Assembly: GCF_006345805.1 (NCBI RefSeq) | Contig: NC_042998.1 | Location: 142,972,001 to 143,036,000, forward strand | DNA length: 64,000 nucleotides | Origin: Octopus sinensis | Taxonomy: Eukaryota | Direction of reading: 5' to 3' | Part shown: positions 1-12,438 of the stretch, one piece after another | Layout: every line of letters starts with the position of its first letter | How positions within the stretch are numbered: position 1 is the first letter of the stretch | The notes under the pieces: generated by a model | The model's database searches: none | Seen by the model: only the letters and a program-made list of their open reading frames with translations | Told to the model about the DNA's origin: nothing | Position numbers and translations under genes: made by a program

Positions 1-31
1 ATCACCACGACCACCACCACTATTATAACCT

Positions 32-428
32 ACAAGCAGTATCGCCCGGCGTTGCTCGGGTTGTAAGGGAAATAACTATATAAGTATTTTTAGAGAGTTA
101 TAGCCAAAAAATAGCAAAAAAATGCATTAAAAATTGAAAAAAAATTAAGGTAAATTTTTTTTTTAATCGTTGACACATCGTAGATATTTTTAGAGAGTTA
201 CTTCCCTTATATAAAAGCGAAAAAAATGCATTAAAATGGAAAAATATGATGGTAAATTTTTTTTAAATCGTAGACTCATCGTAGACGCACGCTAATACCC
301 AGAAGGGCTCGATATGAATCACGACTATAAGATACCCGCTTTTGGTGAAACTGCACCGCAAAATGTGGGAGTAGTTAGGAATCTAAATCGTAGGAGACAG
401 ACACACAACTTCACTCTTATATAAAGAT
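32..428 (-). mobile_element. Non-autonomous Helitron
   Basis: On the minus strand starts TCTTTATATAAG..TGTGTGTCTGTC and ends with hairpin CCCGAGCAACGCCGGG followed by a CTAG-like CTTGT; internal ~110-bp direct repeat. Confidence 0.7.
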
Positions 429-445
429 GCTTCTTTTTTTTTCAG

Positions 446-755
446 TCATAGAGTTAGATTTATGAAGGTCTTCAGTAGAAAATCCTTCGAATTCTGACTC
501 GCTGCTTGATATAATGAAATTCGTATCCATTTTTTGTCAGAATTACAAATTTTGAAAACACAATAGGAACAAATTTCGGAAAAAAATCTCCCATAATTCA
601 CGGAATTAAAATTACACTTCGATTTTTGTACAAAACTGTAGTTGAAGTGTTTACGAAGTATAATACGTGTTTTCACGAATGTACTAAAGAGATTTGCTCT
701 GATATTCTCATTTAAATATGAATAGGTAAATTCGGGCGGCTTGGTAACGAAAGGG
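446..755. mobile_element. Partial piggyBac-type MITE (one end)
   Basis: Ends GGTAACGAAAGGG followed by TTAA (756-759), same terminus type as 34521-34741; other end not seen. Confidence 0.4.
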
Positions 756-1009
756 TTAAACGGATGCATACATTTATTAATCTCTTATTATAATAACTAT
801 ATATAAGTGTCGTCTGTTTATACATAAACACTGTTTCATACTGCAATTATATATACATATATCTATATATAATATCATATAATAAAATATATACAGAGTA
901 AAATAAAAACCAATTTACCTTTTCTGTCCGTCCGTGTGTCTTTGCAAATGTGTTGGAATGATAAGTGAGTTGTGTTTTGGCGCCTTTTTTACTAATAACA
1001 AACACACAC

Positions 1010-2085
1010 GTGTTTGTATGTAGTTGTATGTGTATGTAGTTGTATGTGTATGTAGTTGTATGTAGTTGTATATGTATGTGTATGCGTGTGTGTGAGGAAT
1101 GACACACACACACTCACGCACGCACACATGTACATCAATGCTTTCGGAGTGATATGTTAAAATATTGAGTTTTCTCGAATTTTGTCTTAATTGGTGGTAA
1201 AATTGAAAGAAATTTTTTATGGCATCACCCACTGAAGTACTCTGAAAAATCATGGGTACACTCTAATTGAAGAAATTGTGTGAGGAGTAAATTGTTATGT
1301 ATTTATTTGTTTCTGTTTGCTGTGTTTCTTTATTTTTTGAGTAGTGGTTTAAATACTTTCAGTTTAGTCTTCCTCAAATCACTCTGTCGCTATTTACTTT
1401 CATTTTATTCGTTGTACACTGTGTGTGTGCGTTTGCGTGTGCTGTAAACCAGACTAAGAAAAGCATTTGACATACACACCACAATGTGAGTTTTCTGTAA
1501 ATTTTGCTTAATTGGAGTTTAAATTTTAAAAACTGGACCTGGCATGACCCGATGCATTCTACTCTTAAAAATGCTAGGTAAATTGTAATTGAAGAAATCC
1601 TATATTGTAGATTTGTATAACTCCCAAAGGGAGGCAGATAAAATCTGCCTTTTATAATAAGAGATAAAATCTGCCTTTTATAATAAGAGATAAGAGATAC
1701 GAGTAAAACCCACCACCACACCACCACCACCACCGCTACCACCACCACCACCACACCACCACCACCACACCACCACCACAACCACCACCACCACCACCAC
1801 CACCACCAACAACAACAACAACTAGCACCACTAACTAGTACCATGTTTACCAGCACAATACTATCACCAACACCCACACCCTTCCTACCAATACCCAAGA
1901 ATTCAGGCTGGTGACTGTCAGAAAATTTGAAACGATCAAGATCGTCACTCTTGAGGCCTATTTTTTTTAAAACCTTGAATCTACTTTTGTAAACAACATA
2001 ACTGCTCATACCTAAAAAACATATCTGTTTTGTTAAGACAGTCGCTGCTGCTGTTGTTGGAGACGCTGGTTGTTATTATTGATAC

Positions 2086-2122
<37 letters not shown>

Positions 2123-2270
2123 GATGAGGATTATGAGGAGGATGAGGATGATAAGGATGATGATGACGGTGATGAATGATGACGGGTATGATGATGGTGA
2201 TGGTTGTCGTCGTTGTGGTGATGATGATGATGATGATGATGATGGTGATGATGTTGGTGGTGATGTGTTC
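1010..2270. repeat. Microsatellite cluster: (TATGTAGTTG)-type, (CAC)n/(CAA)n, (GAT)n
   Basis: Read directly; explains the poly-W/V/M/D ORFs. Confidence 0.9.
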
Positions 2271-4497
2271 AGATGATAATGTTCAAAATGTGTTTGTTGA
2301 TAGTAAAAAGCAGAAATGTGTGGAATCGTTATGTTGGTGACGAAGGTGGTGACATTAGCCATGATGGCTGCAGTGGTGAAGTAAAGGGCGGGAGCGGGGG
2401 CTATAATAGTTGAAGTGATTGTAATGTTGGTGGAGCTGGTGGCGAAGGTACGTTACTAGTGATGGCGGCAGTAAGGGTCGTCGATAAGAGACGACGTATT
2501 TATTTAAGATTTCAGTAGTGCGCGACCACTGTGATGTCATCTCTCTTCTTGCTATCATTTTTCAGACACACACAAGAATATACAACGTAGATTTATACAT
2601 ACATATTTGTATCCTGTATTTTGTATATTTTATTTTTATTAGCTGCATTTATACACGCATGCACAAGCACACACGTTTATGCGCGCACGAGTTCCTGAGA
2701 TCTGCCATGAAAATAGAAGTCTTTTTAGTATCTTGTCTTTTCTGTCCTTCTCCTTTCGTTCAATCCCTTTTTCTATTCTTTTCCTTCTTTTTGATAAAGG
2801 ACTTCATCCGAAACGTCAGGTTCTCTTCCGTTTCTTCCTTTCGCGTATCAAATTCCATTGTATACTTCTTTGTCGTTTTTCCATTTTATATTTCTATGTA
2901 TTTCAGGCATGTCTTTTTTCTTTATTTGTTTTCTTTTTTGCTTCAAGTTTTACTTCATTAGTATTGTGTGACTTTTTGTTCTACAAAACACACACACATA
3001 CACACAATTATGTGTATGTGTGTGTGTGTTTTGTTGAATAAACAAGAGAAATAGAGCTTTCAGCAATTAGGACACTGGTAACTCTGTACCGCTTAAAAAT
3101 ATTTTCAAAGGTGAATAAATACATACGCACGCGCACACATATTCATTATTACTATGTTACACATTTACATGGAAAACTATATCTGTTAAAATTATTTTCT
3201 TTCATTAGAATCAAGCAAAGCCCAATACACTCATTACTCTGTTATGACACTTACCAGGGCAGTTTATATTCTGCTTCTATATACACAATATTTTATGTAT
3301 TATCGGGCTGTGATGACGGGACATACCTTTGAGAACTATACACCATGTATACTTATTATAATTGAAAGACAGAGAATATCGTGCCTGCTTGACATCAAAA
3401 GATGGAGTTTCGGATCATGTCACCCCCTGTTAACACTAACACATTTATTTTTATAAGAAGAAAATTTTCGAATTTTTGTTTTAGACAAGAGATTCAGAAT
3501 CAGCGAAAATCATTATTTTTACAAAATGTTCTTCTTATTTTTCTGTTTATTATTTTTTTTAAAGACCCTGTTATCAGAATATGGTGTCTGTTTTGTGTCT
3601 CAATTATCTTGTGAAGATCTGAAATGTGTAGTCCCAGAACGAAAATATTGAATATAGAGAATTTAGCACCTATTGCAGTTGTATAATGTTTACAGATGAA
3701 TCGCATTATTGCCAATAGCAACATGTGTGTATGTGTGTGTAAGTGTGTGACCATTGCGTGTCACTGCAACAATCTTGAAAGAGTTACTTAGAGAAACTCA
3801 ATATACTAAAAATAACAATATAATATAATATAATATAATATATATATATATATACATATATACATAAAGCCTGTTTCAGCGCGTTGCTAAGCAACATGTT
3901 TCTTGACAAATCTAAATTAACAATGTTTATCTTATTTCATAAAAGACTGTAAAATAATCTATAATACTGAATGGTATTGGTACTGCTTTGATATTCTTAA
4001 AAAATCTTAGAATCCAGGGTACGACTTGATGGTCCAAACTATAAAGTTCAAATCAACAAAAAATATCTTGTAAAGACATAAAAATTATGTTGGTAGGGTT
4101 GTTAAACAGAGTCGTCAGACTTTGTGTTAACATCAACAAAAACGGACGGTAGTTTCAGCCGCACAGGAGGGTCTTTGATAGCTGAAAGGACGTTACATCT
4201 GTTTCGAGATTCTTTATCAATGAGCAACGAAACCATGATAATCTAACCAACCCTGATTATAGCTAGGGAAATGTAAATCATCCTCGTCATTTTGTGGCTC
4301 GTTCCACTGGTGTATACGACTACAATGTTATTCACCTAGATGGAGAGCAGACGTTAAGTGACATTGTACACACACACACTAACTAGATCGACGAGTGATA
4401 TCCGCTGTAAACCACGTAGTCCACACAATTACATTTGTACTCCTGTTCCATTAGTAGATCCAAAGTTAGCTTTTGAAGATATTAGAGTATAGTACAA

Positions 4498-4840
4498 AAC
4501 ACAAAGAAGAATGGAGAATTATACATTTTAATTCATAATTTATCAACCATAATTTGCTTACGCACGTTTCGGATGACCTATTGTTACGTAATACAATGAT
4601 GTGTAAATCATGCAACTTAATCGATCTATATTTGATCGACTATAGTATTACATAGATCTAGAAAATCGATGCTTGTACATCCTCCTTAGAGCAACCAGGC
4701 CAAATGGATCGATTAAAGTAGAATGAACGCATCATTGTTTTACGTAACATTGTTTTACGTTCATCTGAAATGCTCATAAGCAAATTATGGATTATAGATT
4801 ATGAATTAAAAATGTATCATTCTCCATTCTTCTTTGTGTT
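4498..4840 (-). mobile_element. Penelope-type fold-back element with a hammerhead carrying one core mutation (4554-4694)
   Basis: Terminal inverted arms AACACAAAGAAGAATGGAGAA.../...TTCTCCATTCTTCTTTGTGTT; minus strand UUGCU CUAAGGA GGAUG-(102 nt)-CAUCC GAAA C-GUGC-G UA^ AGCAA. Confidence 0.7.
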
Positions 4841-4873
4841 ATATATATATATATATTAATAATATATTATTAT

Positions 4874-5546
4874 TAATAATAGGAAATGAATATCAGAAAA
4901 CTCCTCAGAAAGATATACACGTGTGAAAACTAATTGTTGTATTAAAATATATAAATAAATAAATATAAATTTGTATAGAAATATATATATAAATATGTAT
5001 AAGTATAAATATATAATGTATATGACAGTTTAAAAGTTTTGAGTCAAGTACTTAAAGCATCTTACGATCGTTTCACAGAATTGTTGTCTCTATAATGAAA
5101 TCCTATATTGATAAGCATTTATAGACAACTCTTCTGCTCTTCAGAGATATAAAATTCGAATTTTGTAGTACCATATCGAATGGTAGTTTTTTTGTTTTTT
5201 AATTTGAAGTAATACTATAAAATGGCGTTTGTTTGAAAGATAAATTAAAAATTTAAAATTACTGCTTTTGATGAGAGTATTTAAATCCATATATACTTCC
5301 TTGATTAGTCTTCTGCAATAATCCATACTATTCATATGTAAAATCCGTTATACTGTCTTCAATTTTTAATTTATCTTTCAAACAAACGCCATTTTATAGT
5401 ATTACTTCAATTAAAAAAAAAAACTACCAATCAATATGTTATACAAAATTCAAATTTTATTTTTATTTTATATATTTTTAACACAACAATTATTTTTCAC
5501 ACGTGTATATCTTTCTGGGGGGTTTTCTGATATTGATTTCCTAATA

Positions 5547-5550
<4 letters not shown>
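4874..5550 (-). mobile_element. 5'-truncated Penelope-like element with inverted pLTR (fold-back)
   Basis: Nested inverted arms ~4874-4960/5465-5550 and ~5150-5255/5361-5460; central spacer reads DYCRRLIKEVYMDLN on the minus strand (resembles a GIY-YIG C-terminus); hammerhead in the 3' pLTR; flanked by (TA)n. Confidence 0.7.
5058..5149 (-). ncRNA. Type I hammerhead ribozyme motif with extended stem II in a Penelope pLTR
   Basis: UAUCU CUGAAGA GCAGAA..GUUGUCU...AGACAAC..UUCUGU GAAA C-GAUC-G UA^ AGAUG; complete core, palindromic stem III ACGAUCGU. Confidence 0.8.
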
Positions 5551-5582
<32 letters not shown>

Positions 5583-5899
5583 CGCTCGTATTAAATATAT
5601 AAATACTTTAATAGTATTAATACTTTGATGCAATAGAGCACTCAATATAAATTCAGTATATAATATTCTCATTGAATATATTTAACTAAAGATTTATATA
5701 TATATATAAACGATGGACTTCTATATTGCTTCCGTCTATCGAATCGACTTACAGGGTGTTGGTCGGTCCGAGGCTATAGCAAAAAACACTCGCCCAAGGT
5801 TCCGCGCAGTGTGAAAGAATCTGAAACCATGTTTTCGAAAGGAACTTCGGATCCACCCAACCATGTCTTATACATTGTTTTTATACTGTCCATTAAGGA

Positions 5900-6600
5900 T
5901 ATGAAGGCGGAAAGAGCCAGTGAGATGCTGAAAATGACTGGCAAAACTGAGTTCAAATTAGTCACCCAATAAACCATAGAATACAAGGTGGTGTTACACC
6001 TAATGATTTGCATAGAAGCATAATTACCAACTGCTACAGGATCAAAAGAGATGCTCACGAAAAAAACCAACTACTGAAGGACTAAGCAATGGAGGAAATT
6101 TAGGACAATTTAGATGTGATTTAATTCGGATTTGTGCCAGATCAGGGTATTACCGATTATCTCTTCATAACTGCATGTGAAGTTTTTATCCAAAGGTAAG
6201 CTTCTATATCTAGCATTTGTTGATCTAGAGGTTTATGATAAGGTACCACAATCTGTAGTCTATTAGTCTCTAAGAAAATTAGATGAATGCTTTTCTACTC
6301 TAGGCACAAAGCCCGACGGTTAGATGGATGCTTGTGAGAGCAGTGTAAGCCATGTATAGCGATGCAGTCAGCAAGGGGAGAGTTCGCAATGAGTACAGGG
6401 GCAATCTGACGTGCAGTGTCCAAGGTTCGGTTCTTCCCTGACCATTTCAGAGGACTTCAAGACGGGCTACCCATGGGAGATCCTGTACACGATATCCTGG
6501 AACACCTAGCAGACACTGTGATAGATTTGAAGAAATTCAAGACGTTGAAACAAGTCTTGAAGCAAGAGGCCATAGAGTAAATTTAGCAAAGACTAAACCT
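5900..6600 (+). pseudogene. Decayed RTE-clade LINE reverse transcriptase fragment
   Basis: Broken-frame motifs LYLAFVDLE, YDKVP, VQGSVL, GYPWEILY; stops and frameshifts. Confidence 0.7.
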
Positions 6601-8053
6601 TAAATAAAATAACTTCGGTGGAATTTGAACTCAGAACGTAAGGGCCGGAAAAATTGCCACTAAGCATTTTGTCTGACTTGCTAATGATTCTTCCAGCTGA
6701 CCGCCTTCATAATCCTTTCTATTATAGGCATAAGCCCAAAAGTAGTCGAGTACATCTACTCAGTACTCAACTGGTACTTATTGGAAGTGGCGAAATTTGA
6801 ACTTAGAACATAAATACAGACGAAATGCCGCTATTTTGTCTGGCGTGCTAATTAGCCACCCCGAATCACATTAATAATAAGTTCATTTATCTTCTTTTGC
6901 TTTAGGTCACAGCAAATGGTTTGGCAAGCAATTGTACAAAATGACCAACGAAAGGAATGAGAATAATAATAACAATCTTTTCTTTATTAGCCACAAGGGC
7001 TCAAACAGATACAATAAAATGCAATGCATGCTAATGGACATAGCATTTACATGACAAGTAGGGCTAGTTAACAAAATTACACAAACGCAGGAAAAAGAGA
7101 ATTTTATACAATAAACGGAATAAAAAATTAATAAAACATGGAAGATATAAAATGCATATAAATACAATAACTAAGACAATATAATTTAAGTATGAAAGAA
7201 CACGAAAAACATTTACGGTTACACATCCATACACATGTGGAAAGCCAGTGGCTGGGCTCAAAGAGAGCACCCACACAACTCTTCCCTTCTACTATTCCTT
7301 AACGATTTCCAGTGCATCCAAAAGGTACCTGTTGACATTTTTGTGATAGAACAGGTTAGGAATATACCAATGTGTTCAGGGACCTGAGAACTGCTGGTTT
7401 TGTTGTTCTGCTTTTCTAGCTCTTTAAGGCAAAGGACTCTCAAGTGGCTTTTACAGCAGCATGTATAACAACTAGACTTTATGCTCTACATTATCAATCT
7501 CAAGTTATTTGTTGCGGTATCTTTGACTGAGTACAATCTTGTGGTTTTCAAAAGTCATTAGGATTTGCAAATCTATCGTGGCCCCAACCCCAACTTGTCA
7601 TCCTTGCACTAACCACTTGCCCATACTGACACAAAAGTGACAATGACAGTAAGTCATGGGTCAGCATTGTCAATAGCTTTAACTGTCACCTTTGTATTTC
7701 TTTGTCCCAAATACTGGTGCACAAGTGTATGTGGTGGTGTTTAACTATTCCAGCCTGTGTTTTGGCTGTCTTCAATCCAGTAGATGCAGCAAACGATTCC
7801 ATAAGCCTCGTGATGCTAAAAAGAATTTCTCCTGATGTATTGTGGAGAACTTCCAGCTGTTGGAGGGAGGATGGAAATCTTTGCCAACCTTCTTAATGCA
7901 CAGATAGACTATTCTCTGTTCTCTTTTGGATTAGATCCTGGAACAAAGACACTGAGTGGGTTTGCACAAATTGAGTCTTATATCTAGAAATTTTGTCAAA
8001 TCTAAATCAAATCTGTATAACAACAGGTAAAACTAGCTTCTCTAGGACTACTA

Positions 8054-9240
8054 TGTGATGCGTTCAAAAAGTATCCAATTGTATTTTTTATCGCCAAAAC
8101 TAATGCTGCGTGGGCAAAATCCTTTGGGTGGAAGGTAACACTACTCTTCCTGCACATGCGTAAAATTTTTCGTGCTGGTAGGCTGTAGTACGCGCTCGCC
8201 GGATTTTTGTTTCTGCATGATGACAGAACACATCGAAGAGAGATATTGCATCAAGTATTGCCAAAACTTTGGTGATACTCAAACTCAAACCATCCAGAAG
8301 ATTCAGCAGGCTTTTGGCGATGAGGTAATGGTCAAAACTCAGTTCAAGGAGGTGCAACCACTTCAAACACAGCCGCACCGCAGTGAGCGATGAATGCGCA
8401 GGTAGACCATCCACAAGCCAAAGCGAGGAGTCGATTGAGAAGGTTCGGCGAATAGTCTTGGAGACCGTCGTGTAACAATCCAGGGAACTGCTCATGAAGT
8501 GGGAATAAGCACAAGATCAGTGTACTTCATTTTAACGGACAATTCGTGCATGCAGAAAGTGTTGGTGAAATTCATTCCTTCATCTCCAAAGTGCTGGTGG
8601 AACAGAAGCAAATCTGCATGGAAATCGCTCAGGACATGTTACACTGCAACCCGAAAACCATCATCACTGGTAATGAGACATGGGTTTATGGCTATGACCC
8701 AGAAACCAAGTTCCAGTCCTCACAATGGAAGCATCTGTCCCCAACAAGGTCAAAATATGCACGACAGATTTGCAGCAATGTGAAGATAATGTTGACCTGT
8801 TTCTTTGACTCACAAGGTTAGACAATCAATAACAAATACTACCAGGAGGTTATATGTCGCCTCTATGATGCTGTGTTGAACGTGGCCGGACATGCGAGTG
8901 GCGAAGAATTGGCAACTTCACGACGACAATGTGCCTGCTCATTCTGCCCACATAATCCAAGCTTTCCAGGACAAGTACAACACAATACTTGTGGCTCTTC
9001 CTCAAAATGAAAACCATGCTGAAAGGGAAGCAGTTTGAGTCATGTAAGGAAATTATGAGAAAAGCAACGGCAGAGCTCCATATCATTCCAGAGGTGTTAC
9101 CAGCTGTGGCAGAACTGCTGGGAGAAGTGTGTGAACTACTAAGGAAAGTATTTTGAAGGTGATTAAATAAAATTTGTGAAATGTACAAAATTGTTTTTTT
9201 TTTAATGCTCCAAGGTTGAATACTTTTTGAATGCACCTCT
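8054..9240 (+). mobile_element. Near full-length degenerate mariner transposon (irritans-like)
   Basis: TA-flanked imperfect TIRs (TGTGATGCGTTCAAAAAGTATCCAA / TTGAATACTTTTTGAATGCACCTCT); frameshifted transposase with ERYCIKYC and ITGNETWVYGYDPETK.QSSQW. Confidence 0.9.
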
Positions 9241-11639
9241 TATTATTCTTTCTGATTAATACATATGCCTTTGTGCAAGTGTTGTTATAACTATCATTTA
9301 AAATACTTGTTAGACTGTTTGAAATAATTTCTTTTTCCATTAAATATTCATTATTTCTTTCTGTCTGTTCCAAATATTCATTCTGTAGTATAATTTGTTT
9401 ATGTCCTGTCTTTTCGCCTTTGTATGAGAGTGTATTATTTCTGCTTTTTTTTTTTGTTTTTTGTTTTGTAGATATTTTGTGATAATGTTTATCAAAATAT
9501 GAAAGAAAAATGTAAAGTCAGTAAAGACAAACCATATCTGCTCCCATCCAAAATGTGGCTAGACATCCACCGGTTAAATCCTTTTTAGCAAGTACTTCAA
9601 AACTATTTTTATTTGATAATGCTTAGTAATAACTCCAGGTTAGAGATAGCAAAACATGTCTACATGCTGCAACAGTCAATATTCACAATAGTATTAATGG
9701 TTTCAAATATTAGCACAATGCCTGCAATTTTAAGGGGAAGCTATTTGAGAATTTAAACAACCCCAGTACTATATTTTATTCACTGCTAAGGGATAAAAGT
9801 TAACCTTGGCACAATTTGAACTCAGAATGTAACCTACCAGAACAAATACCACAAAACGTATTATTCCAACACCATTATGATTTTACCAGCTTGCTGCTTT
9901 TTATTTTTTTCATTAATAATGGTTTCTGATTAAGACACAAGACTAGCATTTCTAAGAGTGGAATGAAAGGCAAAGTTGACCACGACAAGGATTTGAAATC
10001 AAAATGTAATCAGCTGGGAGAAACGTCACTAAGCATTTCACATCATTTACATTTGATGGATATTTGTCCTCATCTTGTTTATTGTTAACATGTTTTGGCT
10101 GAATATACCCTCCAGCTTTCACCAGGTAATTTTGGTAGACTTATTTGAGTGTGGGTATTTGAGTTGGTATTTTGTTTTGCTTTATACTTTTAGTTCAAAA
10201 CCTGCCAAGTTCAACATGGTTAATAAAATTTCTCATCATTTGTAACTGATATTTTAAAAAATAATTTTACATGTTCTTTTGTCTTTCTTCTTTTTTAAAA
10301 AAAAATTTTTAATTATTATTTCATGCTTGCATGGTCTTTTTGAAATTTGAATATCATCATCACCATAATAGTTGTTTTAACATCTACTATTCCATGTTTG
10401 TTTGTGTCAGACAAGGTTCCCTGAGACAAAATTTTCTACAGCCAGACAGACACTCATTTGAAACATGCACGTTTGGGAAAGTGGATGTTAAAACAATGAT
10501 CATGATGTATTCAAAATGACTATTTCTTATTCATGTTTGGGGGTCTATTTCCTTTGTTTTAGTCATTGGACTGTGGCCATGCTGGGGTACTGTCTTGAAG
10601 GGTTTAGTTGAACAAATAATTACCAGTACATATTTTTATTTTACTTCTTTTTTTACAGTTTGGTACTTATTCTATTGGTCTCTTTTGCCAAACCAACACT
10701 GGTTGTCAAGTGATGGAAGGCAAACACAAACACATATATAACAGGCTTCCATCCAGTTTCCATCTACCAAATTTATTCACAAAGCATTGGTCAATCCAGG
10801 GCTGTAGTAAACACTTATCCAAGGTGCTGTGCATTAGAACTGAACCTGAAACTACATGATTGCAAAGTGAGCTTCTTAACCACCCAGTCATATCTACACT
10901 TGTAAATAAACTCCATTTTTCCCCCTATTTCAATGCCTCCATCATTTAAAAAAAAATTTCTGAACATAAATGATGAAGGCATCAATAAAGCTAACAAGGA
11001 GCAAATATGATATTTTAATTTCTACAAGACAAGACTGAATGAAGCAACTTCATTTGAATATCTGGAGTGGGAATGGGGTGGGGGTAGAGTGAGAAAATCA
11101 ATACATGAGGGTTGATTTTAGACAACCAAACTGTTTCAGTCTTTAAAACTTCAATTTAACTGTTTTAATATCAACCCGCCTGAGACCTCCTCCTGGTTCT
11201 GTAAGTGATTTAAATGAAAAATTTATTTCAAAATTTCATGTTAATTAAAGTTCCAAATACCAGATTAATAATGGCAAAATATTTTACAAAATTCTTCATT
11301 ATTTTCAAAATTAATTGAATCACAGACAGTGTTAGTTTAGCAGAAATATGGTAACAAACGGGTTGAACATGTATTGGCCAAAATATATTCTACCGTTTAC
11401 TTGTTTCAGTCAGTCATTGGAATGTGGCCATGCTGGAGTAGTGTCACAAAGAGCTTAGTTGATGAAATCAGCTCCAATATTCATTTTTAAATCTGGTACT
11501 TATTGATCTCTTTGGCTGAATCACTTAGTTACGGGAATGCAGAAAAATAAACACCAGCAGTCAAGTGATGTGGGGGACAAACACAAAGACATATAAACAC
11601 ACACAACTACATATATGTGTGTAAACCTGTCATATATAT

Positions 11640-12022
11640 ATGCTTGCGAAGACATGCTGGGGCAAGCGAAATCAAAATCGAAATCGAATTGAACCAGCCA
11701 GGATCCCTGGTCTGGTGGTACGTAAAAAGCACTATCCGACTCGTGGCCGATGCCAGCACCGCCTCGACTGGCTTCCGTGCCGGTGGCACATAAAATACAC
11801 CAATCCGACCGTGGCCGTTGCCAGCCTCGCCTGGCACCTGTGCAGGTGGCACGTAAAAAGCACCCACTACACTCACGGAGTGGTTGGCGTTAGGAAGGGC
11901 ATCCAGCTGTAGAAACATTGCCAGATAAGACTGGAGCCTGGTGCAGCCTTCTGGCTTCCCAGATCCCCAGTCGAACCGTCCAACCCATGCTAGCATGGAG
12001 AACGAATGTTAAATGATGATGA
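11640..12022 (+). mobile_element. Young copy of an abundant RTE-3'UTR-derived repeat with (GAT)n tail
   Basis: GGTTGGCGTTAGGAAGGGCATCCAGCTGTAGAAAC...CCATGCTAGCATGG...GATGATGAT; CpG-rich; related copies at ~41175-41460 and 55560-55850 (+), and 27010-27230, 29610-29830, 40710-40930 (-). Confidence 0.8.
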
Positions 12023-12367
12023 TATATATGACGGGTTTTCACAGTTTTTCTCTACTAAATTCACTCACAAAGCATTGGTCAGCTCAGGGCTATAATAGAA
12101 GACAGTTACCCACACAGTGGGACTGAATCCTTCATAATGACCAATGAATATTCTGGAAATCTCAGTTAAGAGAGACAAATAATTACTGAAATTTAAGACA
12201 TATTGACCATTACACTAATCACTACAAGACAGAAGCTATACATCAAATATGACCATTCGGTACATCACAGTTGCTTTATATTAAACTATACACAGCTTGA
12301 CGCTTTAGTTAATTTGGAGGGAGCTGAATGGGCCCCCAACCTGTCCTGTGTCATCTCAGTTTCATAT

Positions 12368-12438
12368 TCAGTTTGACAGGTTTGAGCCGATATTATTGTC
12401 CTCATCTTTGTTCTCTGTGGCTTTCATTTCATTGCAAG
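12368..12438 (-). CDS. KXD1: KXD1 probable last coding exon (ACNEMKATENKDEDNNIGSNLSN*)
   Basis: Acceptor CTTCTGTTTCAG|CT in non-repeat sequence; phase 1 compatible; acidic patch like the KXD1 C-terminal tail; TGA at 12370-12368; total CDS 393 nt. This region is poorly conserved, so support is weaker. Confidence 0.7.

Noticed and set aside
1374-2362. Long ORFs with poly-W/V/I/M/D/Q tracts
   Set aside because: Translations of (CAC)n, (CAA)n and (GAT)n microsatellites; no domain or splice support
3050-4480. Further Penelope GIY-YIG relics
   Set aside because: Only faint hints (IKDCKIIYNTEW, RHKN); too degenerate to call
7200-7970. Possible L1/Tx1 relic or coding exon
   Set aside because: Looks like decayed coding DNA, but no diagnostic motif could be read with confidence
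12362-12370. Editing-mediated readthrough of the KXD1 UGA
   Set aside because: A second in-frame UGA follows after one codon, so the extension would be trivial
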